34,571 bases of DNA. It comes from Candidatus Woesearchaeota archaeon (GTDB lineage: Archaea > Nanobdellota > Nanobdellia > Woesearchaeales > JAZDKJ01). Positions 28,194 through 34,571 of the stretch are shown piece after piece (the first letter of the stretch is position 1; the number at the start of each line of letters is the position of its first letter). The notes beneath the pieces are model-generated. The model did not search any database. It was not told the DNA's origin and saw only the letters and a program-made list of their open reading frames with translations. The position numbers were made by a program, and so were the translations under genes. The stretch covers positions 1-34,571 of the forward strand of contig JAZDKJ010000007.1 in NCBI GenBank assembly GCA_043803105.1. The letters run 5' to 3'.

Positions 28194-28257
28194 AAACTCA
28201 CTTGCCGTCCATGGTAAACCGGGTTTATCATGGTGCACACAACTCCAGCCACACAAG

Positions 28258-28569
28258 ATGCAAAGGGCTAGAATAAAAATCGCAAGCACAGAGATAGGAA
28301 AGGTCAACGAAGTGTGTGACTACATAAAGGACATAGCCACAAAGACTGGAGTTGAAATAAGGGGTCCTATTCCTTTACCTACTAAGAAGCTTAGGGTGAC
28401 CACTAGAAAGAGCCCTTGCGGAAACGGAAAGGCGACCTGGGATAGATATGAAATAAGGGTGCACAAGAGGCTTGTTGATTTAGGGATTGACGAACGAGCA
28501 CTTCGTCTTGTTATGAGAGTGCCTATACCAGAAGGGCTTAACATCGAAATAGAAATGATTGAAGTCTAG
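28258..28569 (+). CDS. rpsJ: 30S ribosomal protein S10 (uS10)
   Basis: [27 protein letters not shown]. Confidence 0.97.
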   Translation: MQRARIKIASTEIGKVNEVCDYIKDIATKTGVEIRGPIPLPTKKLRVTTRKSPCGNGKATWDRYEIRVHKRLVDLGIDERALRLVMRVPIPEGLNIEIEMIEV

Positions 28570-29231
28570 ATAAGTTCTAGTTTGACTAATTCGTTCTTTA
28601 ACTGTTTGCTGTTCTTGTAAAGGATTACGTGCATGCCCATCGATTTTGCAGCCTTCACGTTCTCAAGAACATCATCTATAAATAATGCTTCGTCAGGCTT
28701 GTAGCCTTCTTCAATGAGCACATGCTGGAAGCCTTTTCGTGTTGGCTTTCTTAAGCCGATTTCTGGTGAGTTGTAAGCCTTATCAAAAATCTCAAAGAGG
28801 TCTTTCCTTTTCCTCCAGTATTCTGTAATCTCAGGTTCCTGATTTGAAAAACAGATAACTCTGGCTTTGTTCTTCATCCTGTTTATGATTGTTAGCACAT
28901 TATGGTCAAGTCCGGTGGATGTTCTTATGTAGGCAGACAGATGTTTCGCAATGAGCTTAGTTGGCTTGTGGCCTTTCCCGAGCTTTTTGGCAATTTGTCC
29001 GTACATCTCAAGAAGGCTGCTTTTACCAACCTGGACTCTTGGAAGATATCCCTTAGTTAGCTTTGTGAATTGTCTGACAGAAATCCCTAACTCTTCAGCT
29101 ATGGCCCTGTCTATCAAATGACCTTTCCACAAGACAAGAACCTTACCCAAATCAAAAATAACTAGCTTTATCACAGAACTGTGTTCATCTACCTTGTTTA
29201 TAAAACTTACTCCGGGCTTGAAACTAGTCAA
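28566..29231 (-). CDS. HAD-superfamily hydrolase
   Basis: [18 protein letters not shown]...NVKAAKSMG. Confidence 0.9.
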   Translation of the reverse strand: MTSFKPGVSFINKVDEHSSVIKLVIFDLGKVLVLWKGHLIDRAIAEELGISVRQFTKLTKGYLPRVQVGKSSLLEMYGQIAKKLGKGHKPTKLIAKHLSAYIRTSTGLDHNVLTIINRMKNKARVICFSNQEPEITEYWRKRKDLFEIFDKAYNSPEIGLRKPTRKGFQHVLIEEGYKPDEALFIDDVLENVKAAKSMGMHVILYKNSKQLKNELVKLELI

Positions 29232-29581
29232 TAACCTGAATTGCTAAAGGTGGAGCCAGTAAATGGCATGTAGTTTGGCATTGCGTACCTGGTGCAGACA
29301 TTTGTCTTATGCCTTAATGTTTTCTTGCCTGCCCGACAGTCAATTTGGTCGCCACCAGCATATACACATTGTCCCTGCCTGCTTCCTGTATGAATCCAAA
29401 AAGGGCTCATTGCACCATAGTTCTGGCAGGGTGACAGATTGTTGTTCAAAGGCACAAAATCTGGCATCTGATAAGTAGAGTACGAGGTATAACCTGAACC
29501 GTACGAATATCCGTCGTATTGTTGGGCCATCACAGGCATTGCTGCCAGAGCAAGAACAAACAAAAAAACGTACTTCTTCAT
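29228..29581 (-). CDS. small secreted hypothetical protein
   Basis: Signal peptide MKKYVFLFVLALAAMPVMA, GGAGGTGA SD, four Cys. Confidence 0.75.
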   Translation of the reverse strand: MKKYVFLFVLALAAMPVMAQQYDGYSYGSGYTSYSTYQMPDFVPLNNNLSPCQNYGAMSPFWIHTGSRQGQCVYAGGDQIDCRAGKKTLRHKTNVCTRYAMPNYMPFTGSTFSNSGY

Positions 29582-29682
29582 CCACGTCACCTCCAAGAAA
29601 ACCTAAGTGCAAGCAAGACTTTCTAATATTTAATGGTTGCGGAAGGTCAAGCTATTTAAACGAATTGGGGTTTTTTCTGGCT

Positions 29683-30501
29683 ATGGAGCTAAACATTGAA
29701 ACCAGGACTATTGCCGTCATGCAACAGGAACTTAGGGATGAATTAGAAGGAAGCCTGGAGGAGATAAAATTTATAGTCGCGAATGCAAAGGACCTTGCAG
29801 GCCTGGAGAGTGAACTTGAGCCATTCTATCTTGACCTGCAGCCAACAGAAAAAGACAAGGCTATATTCAAAGCGTCGTTGGGCTTATCTTACAAGATCCA
29901 TGTACAGCGTCTTGAACAGGCAAGAGACAGCGGGCACTCAGCCATTATACATCCGCTGCAGGTGGGATACATCAGTCAGGAGCTTGGGCTTTCGCCGATG
30001 CATGTTGGCATAGACTTCTTGCATGATGCAGTAATAGAGAATGATTATAAGCATAGGATAGAAAACATGAAGATGGTTATCGAAGTGTTCAATAGTATTA
30101 ACAAGGGCCTTGGAAATTATATGAGGTATTACCTCATTGCTTTGAGTGCAAAGCCCAATAATGACCCAATTAAGAAGAAGGATGACCTAATGCAAAAAAT
30201 TGTTCGGATGGGCTCAAATGCAAATAGGCAGGGCCTATTCCCGGGAGAAGATACACTTGCAAATTTGCTTATACACAAACAGTGCGACAATGTGGGCAAT
30301 CTGTATGACTTAAGGTTCATGAGCGGTAAAAACGGAATTGAAAGTGTTGTCAGGCAAGCGAACAAGCTGAGGATATCTGACAAATACCTTTCGCTTGTGC
30401 GAGAGAAGGGCATTAACATGATCGGAAAGTCCGGCCTGGATTTTAACGAGTACACCCAGATATTAGTCAAAGAGCATAAAGAAAGGCTCCACTTACAGTA
30501 A
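29683..30501 (+). CDS. HD-domain protein resembling the RelA/SpoT hydrolase domain
   Basis: RDSGHSAIIHPLQV...LHDAVIEND...KQCDNVGNL parallels RxSGxPYIxHP...LHDxxED...KLADRxxN. TATTTAAA lies about 25 nt before ATG 29683. Confidence 0.7.
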   Translation: MELNIETRTIAVMQQELRDELEGSLEEIKFIVANAKDLAGLESELEPFYLDLQPTEKDKAIFKASLGLSYKIHVQRLEQARDSGHSAIIHPLQVGYISQELGLSPMHVGIDFLHDAVIENDYKHRIENMKMVIEVFNSINKGLGNYMRYYLIALSAKPNNDPIKKKDDLMQKIVRMGSNANRQGLFPGEDTLANLLIHKQCDNVGNLYDLRFMSGKNGIESVVRQANKLRISDKYLSLVREKGINMIGKSGLDFNEYTQILVKEHKERLHLQ

Positions 30502-30535
30502 ACTTATTAAACCTGACTTCTCCTCTTTGGTTTGC

Positions 30536-30757
30536 GCCGTGGTGGCACAACCTGGTACTGCGCAAGCCTGGAACCTACGTTCGAAAGCTTGTGGCCGCAA
30601 GGCTTTCCCGGACAGCTTTTTTCCATAGGAAAAAACCTGGGAAAAGACATCGCTTGTTTAAGCGAGTTTGTCTTTTTTCATGGTATTCGAGAGAATGGCT
30701 GGGGGAATTCAAAGGTCTTGGGGCAACGCCCCGGACAAGAAAGTCCGGGCCACGGCG
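30536..30757 (+). tRNA. tRNA-Ser(GGA) with three introns (37/38 at 30574-30585; 53/54 at 30612-30707; 59/60 at 30714-30743)
   Basis: The spliced 84-nt sequence GCCGTGGTGGCACAACCTGGTACTGCGCAAGCCTGGAA|AGCTTGTGGCCGCAAGGCTTTCCCGG|TTCAAA|TCCGGGCCACGGCG forms a cloverleaf with a long variable arm and G73. A TTATTAAA promoter lies about 25 nt upstream. Confidence 0.9.
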
Positions 30758-30769
30758 TTTTACTTTCAA

Positions 30770-31045
30770 TTCAGCGCCCAGACAGGGAGTTTGGCGTTAA
30801 ATTGGGAGACCATCGTTCCCCCTCGGCGTTACACTCTGGATATAACGCCCAAGGCAGTCAGGACCTGAACTCGCAGTTCAAGTCCGCATTTGGGCTTTGT
30901 ATCATGACAAAAACGCTTCAGTTTGAACGATGGCGTTGTATTATGGTTTAAAAGCAGGGCCGCGGCGTCTTATCCCTGTTTCAGCGCCTGCCAAGGTTGG
31001 GATTTGCATTAAGGGATGAAATCCCGACTCAGGCTCTGAAGCCTC
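30770..31045. ncRNA. putative structured non-coding element between tRNA-Ser and the integrase
   Basis: Pairings AGACAGGGA/TCCCTGTTT, CCATCGTTC/GAACGATGG, internal hairpins and a long hairpin at 30980-31040. No family recognised. Confidence 0.35.
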
Positions 31046-31118
31046 ATTCTTAAGCCCGTTTTGGTGCCCTTTTTGGTACCAAACCTATATTAAAGTCTGC
31101 TCCTTAGGAGGATGTAAG

Positions 31119-32375
31119 ATGAAACAGGCCATAGATATCCACAACTACGAAATAAGGCTAAAAAGCGCCATTGAGCAGGTCAAATCTGCTGATATCTCTG
31201 CAAGGAATAAGAAGCTGATAATGCAGCTATACAGCGATCTGGTAATAGGGAACATAAGCAAGCCAAGGCTCATCAAATACTTGAACTACCTGAAGATTAT
31301 TGCCCAGCGTGTCAATATAGACTTCGACAAGATGACTATTGATGATGTTAAGGAATTTATTCGCAGCATTCAGGAGAGAGCAGACTATTCCCCTTGGACA
31401 AAGCAAGCGTATAAAGTGATACTTAGGAAGCTCTTCAAATGGATGAAAGGGGATAATAAAGAATATCCGCCAGAAGTTAAGTGGATTAATATCAACATCA
31501 AGAGAACAGAGACCAAGCTTCCAGGAGAGAATGATCTTCTTACAGAGCAGGAGATTAAGAAGATGATTGATGTTGCAACTCATCCTAGAGACAAGGCTCT
31601 GGTTTCTATCATCTTTGAATCTGGCGGAAGAATTGGCGAGATTGCTTCCTTGCAGATTCAAAACGTCAAGTTTGACAAATTCGGAGCAATGCTTACTGTT
31701 GAAGGCAAGACGGGCTCAAGGCCTATCAGGATAATAAGCTCAACTGCTTACCTGATGACATGGATGGAAAATCATCCCTTGAAGCATGACAAGACTGCTC
31801 CTTTATGGGTTAATAATGTTGGGCAAAATAAGCACCAGCTGATGCATTATGGCACAATAAGAATGCTTTTCCTTAAAATTGGGAAACGGGCAGGTGTCAA
31901 TAAAAGATTAAACCCGCACATTTTCCGTCATTCAAGGGCTACTTTGATGGCTAACCACCTTACTGAATTCCAGATGAACCAGTATTTTGGCTGGATTCAG
32001 GGCAGCGACATGCCATCAACTTATGTGCACATGTCTGGAAAGAATATTGATAATGCAATCCTTCAGATGAATGGCTTGGCTACTGAGGAATCTAAAGCAC
32101 AACAGTCTGAATTAAAACCAATGATCTGTCCTAGATGCGAGACAATCAATGCTCCTAGCAGCAAGTTCTGCACTAGATGTGCCTGTATTCTTGATATGAA
32201 GACAGCAATGGAAATGCAGCAGGTCAGGGAGAAGGAGCTTGAAGTGCAGACTGTTCAGGATGATTTAATGACTACATTAATGCAAGACCCAAAGATTAAG
32301 GACATGATAGTCAGCAAGATTCTTGAGCTTGGTCTGGGTGGAAAGTTGAAAGCTATTGTTGGACAGAATGTCTGA
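31119..32375 (+). CDS. int: tyrosine integrase with a C-terminal zinc ribbon
   Basis: ESGGRIGE (R), GKTG (K), HIFRH, FGW and STYVH (Y); CPRC...CTRC. Architecture resembles tRNA-targeting SNJ2-like integrases. Confidence 0.95.
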   Translation: MKQAIDIHNYEIRLKSAIEQVKSADISARNKKLIMQLYSDLVIGNISKPRLIKYLNYLKIIAQRVNIDFDKMTIDDVKEFIRSIQERADYSPWTKQAYKVILRKLFKWMKGDNKEYPPEVKWININIKRTETKLPGENDLLTEQEIKKMIDVATHPRDKALVSIIFESGGRIGEIASLQIQNVKFDKFGAMLTVEGKTGSRPIRIISSTAYLMTWMENHPLKHDKTAPLWVNNVGQNKHQLMHYGTIRMLFLKIGKRAGVNKRLNPHIFRHSRATLMANHLTEFQMNQYFGWIQGSDMPSTYVHMSGKNIDNAILQMNGLATEESKAQQSELKPMICPRCETINAPSSKFCTRCACILDMKTAMEMQQVREKELEVQTVQDDLMTTLMQDPKIKDMIVSKILELGLGGKLKAIVGQNV

Positions 32376-32446
32376 AAATAAGATTTACTCTTCAGCAATA
32401 CACATCAAATAATTTATTAAGTAGCCATCTCCTTTTATGAGATAAT

Positions 32447-33034
32447 ATGCAATTCAAAGAAACAAAAGTTGGAAAGCTTATCCCAAAAGCTGTAAATTGG
32501 ATACATGATCGATGGGTCTTACTCCTTCTTTCAATGGTAATGGTACTGGCCTATTCCATCATTCATGAGTATATCCATTATTTTGCCAACTTAGCGCTTG
32601 GGCACACAGGCTATATCACCTATGGATTGATGGCTTACTTTTTTCATTTTAATGACTTGGGTACAATGCCAGTGGTTCATTATTTTCTAATTGGTTCTGC
32701 TCCTTATTTCTTTGATATGACCCTATTATTAATTGTATTTTGTATTTATAATATACGACCAAGATACAAAACAATATTGGCAAAAATTGCCTTTTTCCCT
32801 GCCTTAGATATAGTATGGAATTGTTTCATGATACTGCCAAGTTTTATTACTCAGAGCAGTGATGATTTTCTTAATATGCTTAGAATAGCTGCACTTCATA
32901 ATCGAGAAACAGTAGCTATCATGATTGGGTTTATTACTCTAGTATTGTTGCTCGGTATTTTTCTCTTCACCCCGTTCTGGCCTGCGATAAAAGATTTGCT
33001 TTGGGTAAGCAAAAAAGAATTAGTTAAATCATGA
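32447..33034 (+). CDS. membrane protein with HExxH (putative zinc metalloprotease)
   Basis: IIHEYIHY following a TM helix; SAPYFF; SDDF; AT-rich. Confidence 0.7.
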   Translation: MQFKETKVGKLIPKAVNWIHDRWVLLLLSMVMVLAYSIIHEYIHYFANLALGHTGYITYGLMAYFFHFNDLGTMPVVHYFLIGSAPYFFDMTLLLIVFCIYNIRPRYKTILAKIAFFPALDIVWNCFMILPSFITQSSDDFLNMLRIAALHNRETVAIMIGFITLVLLLGIFLFTPFWPAIKDLLWVSKKELVKS

Positions 33035-33107
33035 GCCTAATTTCTTCAGTTCTGCAATTACTATCCTTATCCACTCTGGTACTTTGATTTTCAATTCATC
33101 TTCTTGA

Positions 33108-33323
33108 TTATTTTCCATTGTGCTCCACCCCTAGTTTATCCATTATTTTCTTGATATAAATTTCCAGAAGAGCTATTCTCTCTTCATAAATTTGAGGCTT
33201 CTTGAGAATCATGTCCCTGCAATAAGTTGCAGTCTTTGAGTAGCCGCAAGCCTCTGAATTCTGAATTATTTTCTGCTTTTCCTCAAGGCTAACGGAAAAC
33301 CTGACCTTGTGATTCTTAGGCAT
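33108..33323 (-). CDS. ribbon-helix-helix protein (MobC/CopG-like)
   Basis: MPKNHKVRFSVSLEEKQKIIQNSEACGYSKTATYCRDMIL. Confidence 0.7.
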   Translation of the reverse strand: MPKNHKVRFSVSLEEKQKIIQNSEACGYSKTATYCRDMILKKPQIYEERIALLEIYIKKIMDKLGVEHNGK

Positions 33324-33456
33324 GTATAATGAAAAGGAATGGTGTATAAAATATTCTCGGACGTATTTTTTGTACAAGAATTTGTACAAATGTTCCTTCC
33401 GACGGGATATATAGGTCGAACCCTTATTGATTTTATCAGCGATGGAGGTTGATAAA

Positions 33457-33651
33457 ATGGAATGCGTAATCTGCAAAAAAGAGCTCAATCAGGATGAGCT
33501 TGAAAACATAAACGAGATTTGCTTTGACTGTCAAAGGATTCTGGAATGGATTTACCAAGAGCAGGATTACGAGGATAAGCCAGAGAGGCTTGAGGCTGTT
33601 GTTGATTACCTGAAAAACCAGAGAGGTGATGATAATGGCAGAGACAAATAA
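33457..33651 (+). CDS. small CxxC zinc-finger protein
   Basis: MECVIC...ICFDC; GGAGGT SD. Confidence 0.7.
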   Translation: MECVICKKELNQDELENINEICFDCQRILEWIYQEQDYEDKPERLEAVVDYLKNQRGDDNGRDK

Positions 33652-34387
33652 AATTCAATGCTGTGATGCCCTTGAATATCTCAAGGCCATTCCTGACGAA
33701 AGCGTTGCATTGACCATAATTGATCCACCTTATAATATCAGTAAGGAGCGTTATAAATACATTAGGGGGAGAAAGGTGACCTCTGACTTTGGTAATTGGG
33801 ATCACTTCAGCAGCCATCAAGAATACAAGGATTTCATGTCCTCAATAATCAGCGAGATTTCTAGAGTCAGCAAGAAAGACGCGTCTGTTGTGATTTGGTG
33901 CCCTGAGCAATATTATGGCCTAATAAGAATGCTGGTCAAGCAAGCGGGCTTCTCAAGGACATGGATGCATTACTGGGTTAAGAGCAATAGCGTTCCAGTT
34001 CCAAATAGGGATAAATGGAGAGGAGCAGTTGAGTGCTGCTGGTTCGGTTCCAGAGGGCAGGCTCCATTCAATTTTATCTCTCAGAGAAGCATGGTCAATT
34101 TTACAATCAGGAGAACTGTTGACGCACCTGAGAGAATCAGAGTTGACGGGAGAACAGCCCACCCCACCCAAAAGCCCCTAGACGTTACTATGAAGTTTGT
34201 GAAAATAGCCAGCAACAAGGGGGATGTCGTATTGGATTGCTTCATTGGTGTCGGCACAACTGCAGTCGCTGCCAAAATCCTTGGCAGGGATTTCTTGGGT
34301 TGCGATAATAATGAGTTCTTTGTCAAATTAGCAGAGCAAAGGCTCAAGGATTGTGACTTTCAAAATTCAGATGAGGTGAGAGCATGA
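33635..34387 (+). CDS. N6-adenine/N4-cytosine DNA methyltransferase, beta class
   Basis: DPPY precedes HPTQKP and VLDCFIGVGTT; GAGGTGA SD. Confidence 0.93.
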   Translation: MAETNKIQCCDALEYLKAIPDESVALTIIDPPYNISKERYKYIRGRKVTSDFGNWDHFSSHQEYKDFMSSIISEISRVSKKDASVVIWCPEQYYGLIRMLVKQAGFSRTWMHYWVKSNSVPVPNRDKWRGAVECCWFGSRGQAPFNFISQRSMVNFTIRRTVDAPERIRVDGRTAHPTQKPLDVTMKFVKIASNKGDVVLDCFIGVGTTAVAAKILGRDFLGCDNNEFFVKLAEQRLKDCDFQNSDEVRA

Positions 34388-34571
34388 AAAAAGCATTTGT
34401 CTGTATCATCATGTTTGTGATGCTAGTACAATTTGTTTTAGCCATCAACTACGGTAAGGTATCTCAGGATGATAAGGAGGCATTTGATGAGATATTGACT
34501 CCTGTACTTAGAATCTACAATCTTGTAAAATATGTAGCCTCAGCGATAGCAGTAATCTTCCTGATGTTCTC
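34384..34571 (+). CDS. partial exported/membrane protein, possible TrbC/VirB2-like pilin
   Basis: MKKAFVCIIMFVMLVQFVLA|INYGKVSQDDKEAFDEILTPVLRIYNLVKYVASAIAVIFLMF: signal peptide, amphipathic helix, then a TM helix. Truncated by the window. Confidence 0.5.
   Translation, partial: MKKAFVCIIMFVMLVQFVLAINYGKVSQDDKEAFDEILTPVLRIYNLVKYVASAIAVIFLMF

Larger units (their letters stand above)
30744..34571 (+). mobile_element. left part of an integrative (possibly conjugative) element at tRNA-Ser
   Basis: Integrase about 360 bp after the tRNA, followed by RHH/MobC-like, zinc-finger, methyltransferase and pilin-like genes. The other att site is not in the window. Confidence 0.75.

Noticed and set aside
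23126-28544. Long antisense ORFs over the ribosomal and elongation-factor genes
   Set aside because: Shadows of highly conserved sense-strand genes.
30532-30951. ORFs over tRNA-Ser
   Set aside because: Explained by the tRNA and structured non-coding sequence; no start signals.
30770-31045. SRP RNA, RNase P RNA or another tRNA
   Set aside because: No SRP helix-8 CAGG-NNN-GNRA-NNN-AGCA motif and no RNase P GAGGAAAGUCC. GCAGTTCAAGTCCGC looks like a T-arm but has no D or anticodon arm.
33029-33118. 29-aa minus-strand ORF after the RHH gene (MENNQEDELKIKVPEW...)
   Set aside because: Plausibly coupled, but too short to support without homologues.

Overview
Archaeal chromosomal window, most likely DPANN (Woesearchaeota-like; inferred from archaeal-type proteins, TATA/BRE promoters and CxDTDGG surface-protein repeats). 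The housekeeping backbone includes ppsA, pcm, a class I aldolase, a PfkB kinase, nurA, proS, ftsZ2 and rpl7ae-rps28e-rpl24e-ndk-EF2-EF1A-rps10. The most notable content is not in the ORF track. Two tRNA genes, tRNA-Pro(GGG) at 13023-13290 and tRNA-Ser(GGA) at 30536-30757, each carry three bulge-helix-bulge (BHB) type introns. These include large structured T-arm introns of 150 and 96 nt that share sequence motifs. Both tRNAs are associated with mobile DNA. tRNA-Pro is flanked upstream by an island bounded by a 13-bp copy of its 5' end (toxin-antitoxin pair, broken integrase, IR-flanked gene) and downstream by an island bounded by a 49-bp copy of its 3' end (two PRC-barrel genes and DedA). tRNA-Ser is followed by a structured non-coding region and an integrase-led element (RHH/MobC-like gene, DNA methyltransferase, pilin-like gene) that runs off the right edge. 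All assignments come from reading the sequence by eye; no searches were run.
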